A stretch of 64,000 bases of DNA from Macrostomum hystrix (lineage: Eukaryota > Animalia > Platyhelminthes). The stretch covers positions 4,588,001-4,652,000 of the forward strand of contig CATNEN010000038.1 of NCBI GenBank assembly GCA_950097015.1, given 5' to 3'. The number at the start of each line of letters is the position of its first letter. Positions within the stretch are counted from its first letter, which is position 1. The position numbers and the translations under genes were made by a program. Shown here one piece after another: positions 1-12,887 of the stretch. The notes beneath the pieces were generated by a model. The model was not told where the DNA came from. It made no database searches and was given only the letters and a program-made list of their open reading frames with translations.

Positions 1-7
1 TCGGCAA

Positions 8-3000
8 CTACCAGTAATAGTCGAACGCTCTGCACTGGAAAGCACTGCTGTCACTAGACAGGTTGATGGTCAGCTGCTCCAGGAAATCCAGCTCCGGCTC
101 AATTGTGTCATTTTCCTGCGGGGTGGTGGGCGCAGGCTTGATAATCGAGGTGGTGGGTGCAGGCTAGAGTATTGGGTTGGTGGGTGCAGGCTAGAATATT
201 GGGGTGGTGGGCGCAAGCTAGATTATTGGGGTTGTAGAATGGGGTGGTGGGTGCAGGCTAGAGTATTGGGGTGGTGGGTGCAGGCTAGAATATTGGGGTG
301 GTGGGTGCAAGCTAGATTATTGGGGTTGTAGAATGGGGTGGTGGGTGCAGGCTAGAGTATTGGGGTGGTGGGTGCAGGCTAGAATATTGGGTAGTGGGTG
401 CAAGCTAGATTATTGGGGTTGTAGAATGGGGTGGTGGGTGCAGGCTAGAGTATTGGGTTGGTGGGTGCAGGCTAGATAATTGGGGTGGTGGGTGCAGGCT
501 AGAGTATTGGGTTGGTGGGTGCAGGCTAGATAATTGGGGTGGTGGGTGCAGGCTAGAGTATTGGGTTGGTGGGTGCAGGCTAGATAATTGGGGTGGTGGG
601 TGCAGGCTAGATAATTGTGGTGGTGGGTGCAGGCTAGAGTTTTGGGGTGGTAGGTGCAGGCTAGATAATTGGGGTGGTGGGTGCTGACAAGTTAAAAAGG
701 TGAGATACTCACGTGTTCATTTTTTAAATATTGGTCGCCCAGCGAGCTAGGTGGCACTCCAACATTCAGGCTGCTAATTAGCATGCTTGTCTCGGACATG
801 CAATCGCAGCACTCAGCCAAATCGTTTAGCAGTTGGGCCGCCTCATCTTCATCGTCGGGTACGTTGTCAACGCCAATATTCTCGGTAACATTCTCGTCTT
901 TGCACTTTGTAACACTAGAAGCTGAACCCGCGGCTGCCAGACTCGTTGGCGTTTCGCAGAGCCAGTTGTCGATGTCGCTTGTAGCTGATGGCTGGTCTAG
1001 CGCTTTCTTATAATTGCTATCATTTTTGACATTGTCAAGAATGGCTGGGTCGTTAGCAATCTTCGACTTGCTCTGCTGCGCAGGAGACGCCTTTACCACC
1101 TTAGTGAAGGAGACAAAGCAGCTGTTGGTGTTGCTCATGTTGTCCCTTTGCTTCATCTTCAGTGCGTGTTTACCTGCGGCCTCCTTGCCTTCCACAAGTT
1201 CATCTGTATTTGGCTCCCTACCAACCCGGAACTGCATCTGGACGAGCTCGATCTGGGACAACTCATGCAGCATGTCCTTGGTGAGGTAGGCCCAGGCGTC
1301 CTTGATCGAGTTGAACTCTCGGATGACGTTGATTTGGACGTCGCTGAAAGAATTCTGCAGCTTTGGATCGATGACGAAGTCCACGGCTCTGGCCGGGTAG
1401 GGTGGGAATTGCGCGCTGGCGAAGTACACGAACTGCTTGGACTGCAGCAGCAGCCGGGTGATGATGCCGGTAATCTTGCCAATGTTGCCCAGGGTGCCCA
1501 CGCGCCGATTCTCCAGCCTCTTACGCATCTTCGCGAGTTGCAAGTTATTGAAGACAGTTGCGGACTGGGTGGTCAGCTTGTCCTGCTCGCGTTGAATCAG
1601 GTTTAGCATCAGAACTACCAGGTTGCGAAGGTCGCGGGCGCGTGGCGAATCCGCTTTCAGCTGGCTGCTGTTGCAGTAAAACCCTCGCTTGGCCATCACC
1701 GCGACAGAGTCCAGACACATCTTGGGCGATGATGGGGCTGTTGTCATCAGCTCTGCTCTGATCTACCTTCTGATCTCACCTAACTCACACTATGACTTAA
1801 TTGTCCCTTTGTTTTCCTTCATTATCTCTTAATTATCTATGCATTAACCATTATAATAATATTGATATTCGCTGGAGGGCTGCGGGCAATGGCACATCAT
1901 TTGGTGACTGTAGACCCGCAGCCAGCGAGGAGGCAATTCTGCCCATTTCGCTGTCTTATGAGCACACAGATACTGTACGCAGGCACACACTCACACAGGT
2001 GTGTACATCTGCCCTGACTTTCTCATCGCCAGGCAGTGTACACTCTCACTGTGCCTTGGAGGTTGGCCCTCATAGGGCGTAAATTGCACGACAAGCCCCC
2101 AAGCCTTCTCTCCGCGGCTGCGCAACAAATGAATGTGGCCTCGCCGCGGAATCGAGCTCAGGGACCTTGGCGCGAGAGGCAAACGCGTTAACCGCTCTGC
2201 CACTGCCCCCTTCATTATGCAATATTTATATGCTAATTATCCCTTCAATATCCCTTCAGTATCCCTTCATTATCCCTTCATTATCCCTTAGCCTCACCCT
2301 TCACCAAAGCGTTTCGCACCTGCATCCGTTTGCTGCACCTGTCCTTCTCCAGTGCGTAATGAATAACCCGAACGCCCTCCGACACGTAATTCACCACCTC
2401 GTTCTGCTTGGACTGCGCGGCACTGTTGTTGGCGTTGACCAGCTGCGGGCGCTGCTGCCTGCTCTCCGGCTCCACCCGCCACTGCTGGTCAGGCAGTTGG
2501 GGCCTGCCAATTTGATACCAGCGACTGCTGTTGGACTGGCTGTAATTCAGCACACCTTTGCGGCCGCTTTTCTTCTTCTCCGCTTCCTCAGCCTGCTTGC
2601 CTGTCACATCATAGTCCTGCACCTGCTGGGTTTTGGTTGGCAACCGTCTATAGCATCACTGGCAATCCCTCACCTGAATCACTGGCAATCCCTCAACTGA
2701 ATCACTGGCAATCCCTCACCTGAATCACTGGCAATCCCTCACCTGAATCACTGGCAATCCCTCACCTGAATCACTGGCAATCCCTCACCTGAATCACTGG
2801 CGATCCCTCACCTGAATCACTGGCGATCCCTCACCTGAATCACTGGCGATCCCTCACCTGAATCACTGGCAATCCCTCACCTGAATCACTGGCAATCCCT
2901 CACCTGAATCACTGGCAATCCCTCACCTGAATCACTGGCGATCCCTCACCTGAATCACTGGCGATCCCTCACCTGAATCACTGGCGATCCCTCACCTGAA

Positions 3001-5433
3001 TCACTGGCAATCCCTCACCTGAATCACTGGCAATCCCTCACCTGAATCACTGGCAATCCCTCACCTGAATCACTGGCAATCCCTCACCTGAATCACTGGC
3101 AATCCCTCACCTGAATCACTGGCAATCCCTCAACTGAATCACTGGCAATCCCTCACCTGAATCACTGGCAATCCCTCACCTGAATCACTGGCAATCCCTC
3201 ACCTGAATCACTGGCAATCCCTCACCTGAATCACTGGCAATCCCTCACCTGAATCACTGGCGATCCCTCACCTGAATCACTGGCGATCCCTCACCTGAAT
3301 CACTGGCGATCCCTCACCTGAATCACTGGCAATCCCTCACCTGAATCACTGGCAATCCCTCACCTGAATCACTGGCAATCCCTCACCTGAATCACTGGCA
3401 ATCCCTCAACTGAATCACTGGCAATCCCTCACCTGAATCACTGGCAATCCCTCACCTGAATCACTGGCAATCCCTCACCTGAATCACTGGCAATCCCTCA
3501 CCTGAATCACTGGCAATCCCTCACCTGAATCACTGGCAATCCCTCACCTGAATCACTGGCAATCCCTCACCTGAATCACTGGCAATCCCTCATCTGAATC
3601 ACTGGCAATCCCTCACCTGACTCATGAGTATATTAGTATTGAGTCCAAATGCAGCTGCTTTCTTCTTGAGCTCATTAACTTGAATCGAGCAACTGCGCAT
3701 TTGTAGATATCGATGATAGTCTTGCGCCATCTCCAGCAGTGATCTGGTGCCAATCATCTTGGTGCCGACTGGCAAGTCTTCAACATTGACAAGGCCAGTT
3801 GGAATCCTCTGTTTCGGCGTTGGCGGCAGCAGTTTAACCAACGGCAGCTTTAGAAACTTGTAGACGCCCATGTCTCGGGTCATATTGAGAAGCAGCGACT
3901 TCAGGGGATACTGAGGCCGCTCGTACAGCAGCACAAGGCCGGCCTCGAGCCAGTCAAAGAAGTAGAAAGCTCGACGCTCATATTTTCGCCGCATCGGCAG
4001 AGCCAACGGCTGGCTAGGATTCCAGCCGGCTTTTTGCATGTTCACTGTGGCCTCGAAGCAGCGCATGCGCAGCATGACCACGCTGGGCGGGAAGGCGTGA
4101 AAATCGCCGTGATTCAAATCTTGCACGTGCGATGCGAACTGCGGCTCGTTTGGATCTGAGACCAGTGTGTCGCACGAGTCTTTGTAGAACAGGAACAGGT
4201 CAACTAGGGGTAGCTGAAATTCGCATGGGTACGGAGGTTTACAAAACGTGCAGGAGTGTCTAAGCGTGCAGGAGTCTCAAAGCGTGCAGGAGTGTCTAAG
4301 CGTGCAGGAGTCTCAAAGCGTGCAGGAGTCTCAAAGCGTGCAGGAGTCTCAAAGCGTGCAGTAGTGTCTAAGCGTGCAGTAGTGTCTAAGCGTGCAGGAG
4401 TGTCTAAGCGTGCAGGAGTCTCAAAGCGTGCAGGAGTGTCTAAGCGTGCAGGAGTCTCAAAGCGTGCAGGAGTGTCTAAGCGTACAGGAGTCTCAAAGCG
4501 TGCAGGAGTGTCTAAGCGTGCAGTAGTCTCAAAGCGTGCAGGAGTGTCTAAGCGTACAGGAGTCTCAAAGCGTGCAGGAGTGTCTAAGCGTGCAGTAGTC
4601 TCAAAGCGTGCAGGAGTGTCTAAGCGTGCAGTAGTCTCAAAGCGTGCAGGAGTCTCAAAGCGTGCAGGAGTCTCAAAGCGTGCAGGAGTCTCAAAGCGTG
4701 CAGGAGTGTCTAAGCGTGCAGGAGTGACTAAGCGTGCAGGAGTGTCTAAGCGTGCAGGAGTCTCAAAGCGTGCAGGAGTGTCTAAGCGTGCAGGAGTCTC
4801 AAAGCGTGCAGAAGTCTCAAAGCGTGCAGGAGTCTCAAAGCGTGCAGGAGTCTCAAAGCGTGCAGGAGTCTCAAAGCGTGCAGGAGTCTCAAAGCGTGCA
4901 GGAGTCTCAAAGCGTGCAGGAGTCTCAAAGCGTGCAGGAGTCTCAAAGCGTGCAGGAGTCTCAAAGCGTGCAGGAGTCTCAAAGCGTGCAGGAGTCTCAA
5001 AGCGTGCAGGAGTCTCAAAGCGTGCAGGAGTCTCAAAGCGTGCGTGCAAGAGTGTTAAAGCGAGCATAGGCAATTCCATCGCGATAATCGCGGCACTCAC
5101 ACTGCGCAGGTACAGGGCTATGCCCAGAGCGGACAAGTACAACACAGTGTGGGTCCTGAACATAGGCAGAGTGGACAGGTCATCAGGTCTGTAGATGGCC
5201 GGATTGTCAACCATCTGGAAGTACCGACCTCTGATGAGGTCCGGATTCAGTTCAACCTTACGCCGGACTGTGTCCTCTTCGTTGGCTTTGATCATAGCGA
5301 TCAGCCATCGCGTGTTGGGATGCTGAAAGCTGCAAAATCTAGGCGGAGCATAGCAGAAGCAAGAGTCCAAATCGTATAGCGGATCAAGAAACGCTGGCGC
5401 GCTTGGCAACAGTATGTTGTGTGTAGACGGCAT
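8..5433 (-). CDS. Uncharacterised 5-exon protein-coding gene (~800 aa); exons ~5433-5101, 4213-3617, 2625/2622-2320, 1762-713, 115-8
   Basis: Non-repetitive ORF segments join in frame through GT-AG phase-0 introns (donors AGT|GTGAGT, CAG|GTGAGG, CAG|GTGCGA, CAC|GTGAGT; acceptors TTTCAG, CAGCAG, GGTAG, CGCAG), ending at TAG 10-8. No recognisable family; start codon uncertain. Confidence 0.6.
120..685. repeat. Intronic minisatellite, ~27-bp unit GGGGTGGTGGGTGCAGGCTAGA(G/A)TATT
   Basis: Visible tandem array filling intron 4 of the minus-strand gene up to its acceptor. Confidence 0.9.
1850..2212 (-). mobile_element. tRNA-derived SINE, family A
   Basis: Minus strand has an A-box-like TGGCAGAGCGG, a B-box-like GCTCGATTCC and an AT-rich tail; a related copy lies at ~31465-31603. 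Confidence 0.65.
2655..3620. repeat. 23-bp minisatellite (~42 copies) ATCACTGGCAATCCCTCACCTGA
   Basis: Near-perfect tandem array; on the minus strand the unit contains the exon-2 donor CAG|GTGAGG. Confidence 0.95.
4245..5045. repeat. 18-bp minisatellite AAGCGTGCAGGAGTCTCA / AAGCGTGCAGGAGTGTCT
   Basis: Tandem array in intron 1 of the minus-strand gene; explains the RFETPA/SKRAGV pseudo-ORFs. Confidence 0.95.
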
Positions 5434-5699
5434 AGGGCAAGCACTGCAGGGCGCTGAAATATTCAAATCTTTCAAGTTTGCACAATTAGCTCGTTTGGCC
5501 AGCCTCAGTGAGTCAGTGGAGATTCACTGTGGACGCTAGTGGAGATTTTAAAAGACAAGGCAAGCATGCCTCTCGGCCATAGACAAAACTATTCCGTTTG
5601 GCTAGTCAGAAAACTATGAACTTGCTTTCCACGGTACATGCTCGTAGTTAGCAACGGTTCCTGAGTACAAATTTCGAAAAAACCATCGAAATAATCGCA

Positions 5700-7190
5700 G
5701 CATGGACGTCGATTTTAGAATCGCAGCACGGAATGTAAGAGTCTTAGTAAGAACTGTTGGACTAGCAGCATAAACTATTGGAATCGTAGCAAGAACTGTT
5801 GGAATCGTAGCTAGCTATATCTAGAATTGCAGCAAGAACTGTTGGAATCGTAGGTAGCTGTATCTAGAATCGCAGCTAGAATGAAGCTGCACTAGAATCG
5901 CAGCAAGAACTTTTGGAATCGTAGCAAGAACTTTTGGAATCGTAGCCAGAACTTTTGGAATCGTAGCTAGCTATATCTAGAATCGCAGCAAGAACTGTTG
6001 GAATCGTAGCAAGAACTGTAGGAATCGTAGCTAGCTATATCAAGAATCGCAGCAAGAACTGTAGGAATCGTAGCTAGCTATATCTAGAATCGCAGCAAGA
6101 ACTGTAGGAATCGTAGCTAGCTATATCAAGAATCGCAGCAAGAACTGTAGGAATCGTAGCTAGCTATATCTCGAATCGCAGCAAGAACTGTTGGAATCGT
6201 AGCTAGGTATATCTCGAATCGCAGCAAGAACTGTAGGAATCGTAGCTAGCTATATCAAGAATCGCAGCAAGAACTGTAGGAATCGTAGCTAGCTATATCT
6301 CGAATCACAGCAAAAACTGTTGGAATCGTAGCTAGGTATATTTAGAATCGCAGCAAGAACTGTTGGAATCGTAGCTAGCTATATCTAGTATGGCAGCACG
6401 AACTGTTGGAATCGTAGGTAGCTATATCTAGAATCGCAGCTAGAATGAAGCTGCACTAGAATCGCAGCAAGAACTGTTGGAATCGTAGCAAGAACTTTTG
6501 GAATCGTAGCTAGCTATATCAAGAATCACAGCACGAACTGTTGGAATCGTTGGTAGCTATATCTAGAATCACAGCACGAACTGTTGGAATCGTAGGTAGC
6601 TATATCTAGAATCGCAGCACGAACTGTTGGAATCGTAGGTAGCTATATCTAGAATCGCAGCACGAACTGATGGAATCGTAGGTGGCTATATTTAGAATCG
6701 CAGCTAGAATGAATTTGCACTAGAATCGCAGCAAGAACTGTTGGAATCGTAGCAAGAACTTTTGGAATCGTAGCTAGCTATATCAAGAATCACAGCAAGA
6801 ACTGTTGGAATCGTAGGTAGCTATATCTAGAATTGCAGCAAGAACTGTTGGAATCGTAGGTAGCTATATCTAGAATCGCAGCAAGAACTGTTGGAATCGC
6901 AGCAAAAACTGTTGGAATTGTAGCTAGGTATATTTAGAATCGCAGCAAGAACTGTTGGAATCGTAGCTAGCTATATCTAGAATCGCAGCAAGAACTGTTG
7001 GAATCGTAGCAAGAACTTTTGGAATCGTAGCTAGCTATATCTAGAATCGCAGCAAGAACTGTTGGAATCGTAGCTAGTTATATCTAGAATCGCAGCAAGA
7101 ACTGTTGGAATCGCAGCAAGAGCTGCTGGAATCGTAGGTAGTTATATCTAGAATCGCAGCTAGAATGAGGCTGTACTAGAATCGCATTCC
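5700..7190. repeat. Complex ~20/43-bp minisatellite (AGAATCGCAGCAAGAACTGTTGGAATCGTAGCTAGCTATATCT)
   Basis: Visible diverged tandem array with mixed subunits. Confidence 0.9.
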
Positions 7191-8552
7191 TATTCGGGGT
7201 ACAATATGCAAGTTAAGCATGAAGTTGATCAGTGTGACTCAATCAACTTTTAGTCAGGATCCCCGGGTCCCAGCGCAGTGAGTGACAGCAGCAGCAGCAG
7301 CAGCAGCCAGCTTGGCATATTGTCATAATTGCAATTGACCAGTGCAACACAAGTATTGCTTCAGTTGAAAATTGCTTCCATTATTCGGACTGGCTGATCG
7401 ATTTTGCCTAACGACATAATTCTCAACTTTGTAGATGCACTTTTCTAATTCTCTTACTGATGTTCGATGTACCAAATTTGCGCGGGCGGAGAGGCTGGGG
7501 TGGCTTGTCGAGCGGTTGACACCATCAAGGGCCCTGACAAGGAGAAAGTCAGGCCACATGTACTCACTGAGTATGTGCTCACAGGCTCACTTACAATCGT
7601 CATCAAATGAAGTTTCACGTTGCCCACAAACTTACAGCAAAAATTTATCGTGCTCAAAATTTGGAGATCGTTTTCCTGGAAAATTATTAATGCTCCAATG
7701 ATTGAGTCTGAGCTTTTCGCTTATTTAATCAGTTCGTTTTACGTATAAAAAACCGAGACAAATATTTATGAGAAATCCGGGAATTATTTTGACAGTGAGA
7801 GAATAAACGGATTGCCTGCTGAGTCTTATAAGGAGAAGATGGCAATGCGCAAGGGTGAGGTAATAAATCTGGGTAGGTCAGGCTGTCAATGTCTGAGTCT
7901 GTATAACTCAGACTCACCATATGGTGCAAACGTGACGGCACTGCTAATAGTGCAGCTCCTGGCACGCTTCCCGGCCATCAATCGCTAGCCGCCACCCACC
8001 CCGCCACGGAAACTACGTTTCTTAGAAAACCATTTGAAGGCCGGTTTTCGCGAAAAAAAAATACACTACGGAGCTAGGAAATGTTAATTTTTTTCATATT
8101 TAAATGGTGACAGGTTTTGATTGGAAGCAGATACGAAGCTGTTCTTTTGATACAACTTGCTTAACGTGTTGCTTTACCGAATGTTATGAAGTTCTGTGCA
8201 TGAAATTTGATCTTCATACGATTCTCTTTACTTATAAAGATTCAATTCACTGAAAATGTTTTTAAATATTAGGTATCTTTTTAGGTATTAATCATTTAAT
8301 TTTGCTAAAGTAGTTTTTTCCACTTTAGCAAGAAAAATCGTATGAGGATCAAGTTGTTGTGCTTTTTCTAAGAAACTTAGTTTCCCGGCACTCTACTCCG
8401 AGTGGTCCTCCGCTGTCTTGTGGGGTCAATAGCGCCGACGCCAGCCAATAGCAGCCGAGTTCCACACATCTATAGATATTCCTAATCCAGTCCAAAGTGA
8501 ATGCTTGGGGGGACATTGTGCCACGCAGTCGAGTCGCCCGCCGGTTTCGGTA

Positions 8553-8910
8553 ATGCCGCTGCAGCAACTGGCTGGATCGCGGCGTAACGGCTGGTGCAGT
8601 CGGCTGAACATTCGAGCCGACAATGCCCGCTTCATGCTGCTGGCGGTGCTGCTGCTGCTGTACATGCTGGCTGGCGCGGCTCTGTTCATGCTCATTGAAG
8701 GCCCCAATGAGCAGTTGGAGAAGGCCGCCTATTTTCAATTCGCCGATTCATTTCGCCAGCGCTACGCCGGCGTGTTGAACATGACGGAGCTGGACGCCTA
8801 CCTCAGCCGGCACGCTGACGCATTCAGCGCTGGCTACCTGCGGGATCGACGACAGCGCTGGGACTATTCAGGATCTTTCTACTTTGTTGGAACTGTCGTG
8901 TCCACCATTG
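8553..8910 (+). CDS. KCNK13: Two-pore-domain K+ channel, THIK (KCNK12/13) type, exon 1
   Basis: DNARF-LL..LLLYMLAGAALF (M1), cap region and pore helix WDYSGSFYFVGTVVSTIG; donor G|GTAAGG at 8910/8911. Confidence 0.9.
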
Positions 8911-8931
8911 GTAAGGGGATTGTCTGTTTCC

Positions 8932-9657
8932 GGGACTGCTAGATCTAGCACTTTTCATTGATTCAGGTATCAGGGACTGCTAGATCTAGCACTTTTTATT
9001 GATTCAGGTATCAGGGACTGCTAGATCTAGCACTTTTCATTGATTCTGGTATCAGGGACTGCTAGATCTAGCACTTTTCATTGATTCAGGTATCAGGGGC
9101 TGCTAGATCTAGCACTTTTTATTGATTCAGGTATTAGGGACTGCTAGATCTAGCACTTTTCATTGATTCAGGTATCAGGGACTGCTAGATCTAGCACTTT
9201 TCATTGATTCTGGTGTCAGGGACTGCTAGATCTAGCACTTTTCATTGATTCAGGTATCAGGGGCTGCTAGATCTAGCACTTTTTATTGATTCAGGTATTA
9301 GGGACTGCTAGATCTAGCACTTTTCATTGATTCAGGTATCAGGGACTGCTAGATCTAGCACTTTTCATTGATTCTGGTGTCAGGGACTGCTAGATCTAGC
9401 ACTTTTCATTGATTCAGGTATCAGGGACTGCTAGATCTAGCACTTTTCATTGATTCAGGTATCAGGGACTGCTATATCTAGCACTTTTCATTGATTCTGG
9501 TGTCAGGGACTGCTAGATCTAGCACTTTTCATTGATTCAGGTATCAGGCACTGCTAGATCTAGCACTTTTCATTGATTCTGGTGTCAGGGACTGCTAGAT
9601 CTAGCACTTTTCATTGATTCAGGTATCAGGGACTGCTAGATCTAGCACTTTTCATTG
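8932..9657. repeat. 41-bp minisatellite containing the palindrome TGCTAGATCTAGCA
   Basis: Tandem array starting ~20 bp after the exon-1 donor. Confidence 0.95.
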
Positions 9658-9701
9658 AAATCATACGATACATGTTCCTACTATACTATTACTATACTTG
9701 A

Positions 9702-9860
9702 GGTGTCGTAGCCTGTCTTAGTGGTTAGAGCCTCAGACTCACGACTTGAAGGTCGGGGGTTCGATTCCGGGCTCCGCTGGAACACTTTCTTTTGTGTCCT
9801 TTAGCAAAACACTTAACTCTGCATTGCTTCAGTTCACCCAGCTGTTGAACGGGTATCAGT
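9702..9860 (+). mobile_element. tRNA-derived SINE with CORE-like domain, family B
   Basis: A-box-like TAGTGGTTAG and B-box GGTTCGATTCC, followed by TGTGTCCTTTAGCAAAACACTTAACTCTG...CAGTT resembling the MIR/CORE-SINE core; reverse-oriented copy at 12780-12887. Confidence 0.7.
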
Positions 9861-10554
9861 GCTTACGGCTGCACATGTGTTCCGATTGGGGACAGGTGCA
9901 ATAACTAATTTTGTATTAGCAAATATTTTAAGGTGCATTAAATTTTATTCGGCCCTGAAATCAAGCCAGATGCTGAAAGTGTATAAAAGCAGTTATTATT
10001 AAGCTATTATTAAAGCAATAAATGCAGTCGAACCGTAAACTACAATAACTGCTCTCATCCATGCAATATGTGCAATATTACTCACGAGCTTCAGCATATG
10101 CGCGTTCCAATAAAATCTGTGGGAACGAAAATTCCTACGGAATCCTACGGAATCCGCCTTCCGATAGAGAGGAGTTGCGAAAGTGGACCAAATGGAAGAC
10201 GTCATAAATCTCGGGGCAACCCTTATCCACGACTGGTTAGGGGAAAGGGGAAAATTCTCCCCTCTTTCCTTATGTAGTTGAAAGGCACCGATTCTGTAGC
10301 AGCTGTGAGATCCCAGAAGCAAATCGATCTTGATAAGATTACCAGGCAAAATTAAATGCCAAATAATAGGTCCCAGGAACCAATGCGACCTTCTCCATTG
10401 GGTGGTGACTTGGGCGCGTTCGTGATCGTGTGTACTATATACCTCAGGATTAACTGCGGATTAGTGATGGAAGTGAATAATAGCCCGACACCATTTTTTA
10501 ACCCAATGAACCATTGCAGACTCAATAGTGAAATTTCTAAGCTAGTGGATGCAC

Positions 10555-10875
10555 CACCTGGGATTGGGGGTATGGGGAGGCGCCACCTGGGATTTGGGAT
10601 TAGTGCTCTAACTGGGATTTGGGATTAGTGCTTCATCTGGGATTTGGGATTAGTGCTCCACCTGGGATTTAGGATTTGTGCTCTAACTGGGATTTGGGAT
10701 TTGTGCTCTAACTGGGATTTGGGATTTGTGCTCTAACTGGGATTTGGGATTTGTGCTCTAACTGGGATTAGGGATTTGTGCTCTAACTGGGATTAGGGAT
10801 TTGTGCTCCATCTGGGATTCGGGATTTGTGCACCATCTGGAATTTGGGTTGGGGAATGCGCAACCTGGGATTTAA
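10555..10875. repeat. 25-bp minisatellite CTGGGATTTGGGATTTGTGCTCTAA
   Basis: Visible tandem array. Confidence 0.85.
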
Positions 10876-12779
10876 CGTGGGGGAGGTGCCACCTGGGGTT
10901 TGTGGTTTGGGTCCACGATGGATTTAAGTAGGGCGTACCGATATAAAATGGGATTCACCCCTTGTATTTGGAGGCCATGAGCATGGATTTCGAGGCGATT
11001 AGTCATCCGATCGGGAATTTAAACAAAGCTTATTTCAAGGCCCAGGTAAACCTGCAAAGATTATTGTTCACTGCACCTTAAAATAGAAATAATTTTCAGC
11101 AGCACAGCAACTTTCCAGTTGTACAGTATCTGGCCAATTTCTTATACGCGAATGTCTCAGTGGGCAGCAACATTTGGCCAGTTGCATTTGATCAGGCAGG
11201 CAGATTGGAGAATCGATTGATAATTGACAAGGCGAGGACGGAACCGCAGCCTGGCATGGTACAGCTGCTATCGTCTGAAAGATCTTCACAGAGCGGATTT
11301 GAGTTAATCCTTACCTAAATTGATAGATACAGGCACTCTATATGCATATATTTATATGGCGACACTTCCGAAGGCTAATAATTCCATTTTGAGCAGTAAT
11401 AACTGCCGCTGACTGCTCAACTGGCCCTAGTCATATGCAACAGATCAGCTATAGAGAAAGTCATATGAGAGTGTAGTGAAAGTGTTATAATGCTCTCTAG
11501 GACTACTACACAGCAACTCATAACTGTACCTAAATGTCTAATTCGACTAGCAAGTACACAAGGGGTACATCTTTGATTTCTAGAAATACAAATTCAAAGA
11601 AATGAACATTCTTAGAAATACAGGTTTTTATTATTTATTTTTTAAAAGACAACATTTGTTTTTTATTTTAATTCTTAGAAATACTGTTTCGAAGAAATAC
11701 GCTCGTATTAATTCCTAGAAACATCGATTTTTAATCATTTTATCATTCCTAGAAAGAAAAAATACGAACTAATATTTTCTGTTATGTGGATTCTTATAAT
11801 CAAAACTCTGATTTAAAGAGCACAAATTTTTAGAAATTTAAGTATTCTGAAATCTAGATTGTCTGAAGTGTCTGAAGAATTGTCTGAAAATTCGTAGGAA
11901 ATCCAAGTATTTTTTAATTCCGATTCTTATAACTCCAGATTCTAAGAAAATATCAGATTCTTAAAACTGTGAAATCATCGCTAAAACTTTCTGAGAAATA
12001 CTCGTTCTTTGAAATGCTGATCATTGTAACGTTCGGTTCTTAGAAATTCTGATTTCTTAGAAACCGAAAGCTTTTGAAATCTAATTTTCCTAAACTTTTG
12101 AGATTTAGATAACAAATTAGTCCTAATGATCGATAATTTGTCAGCAAGTATTGTGATTGAAACTATATTTTCATGTTTTAAACTATTTACTGATCGGTTG
12201 TTACAGCTTTGGTGGTTCCAGCTCTGCTACCATTTTTTCATTACAACTCAATCTTTTCGGCTGCTTTTTTCTAGTTGCTCACCTGGGCTTTCATCTTTCT
12301 TGCACCCAAAACTCTTTAAACTAGTACAGTTCTTTAATTAAAAAAATTGGCTGAGAACAGCAGAAAGAGAATTTATATTTTCTGAATTATTCACTCCAGC
12401 CCAGCAACACAGGCAGAGCTAATTGAACAAACACTCAACAGGCAGGCTTTCTGGTTGAGCAGAAAAAAGCCAGTTTGAAGCACTTGCAAGAATTTTTTTG
12501 CAGCCATTTTAGTCTGTCTGCTTTTCTGGAAGGATTGGGGGTAAATTGTCTTGAGCTCTTAACTTTGGGATCAGGTGGAGACACACGCCAGTCACCTGGC
12601 TGGTTTCCCATGCGGATGGGAAAAATTTCTAAAACAAATAATTATAAATTTAGTCGGGATAAGGTATATGAAAAAGAAACTGGCTGCCAGATGAAAATAC
12701 CACGCAGCTTTTGCGCGGCGCATCCGAAGGCTGCGTACGGCTGATCAGTCCATGGACTGGGGGGACGCCACTCCCACCC

Positions 12780-12887
12780 TCGAACTGAAGCAATGCACAG
12801 TTGAGTGTCTTGCTAAAGGACACTAATCTTTTCAGTGTAGTCGGGAATCGAACCCCCGACCTTCAAGTCCCACAGTCTAACCACTAG
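12780..12887 (-). mobile_element. SINE family B, second copy
   Basis: Reverse complement matches 9702-9840 (GAAGGTCGGGGGTTCGATTCC...GTGTCCTTTAGCAAGACACT...GCATTGCTTCAGTTC). Confidence 0.7.

Noticed and set aside
9702-9780. tRNA genes at 9702, 2140-2212 and 31525-31603
   Set aside because: Pol III boxes are present, but I could not form a clean cloverleaf and each continues into a shared non-tRNA body, so these are SINE heads.
11570-12120. Recurrent TTCTTAGAAA motifs
   Set aside because: No regular period; probably a decayed AT-rich repeat.
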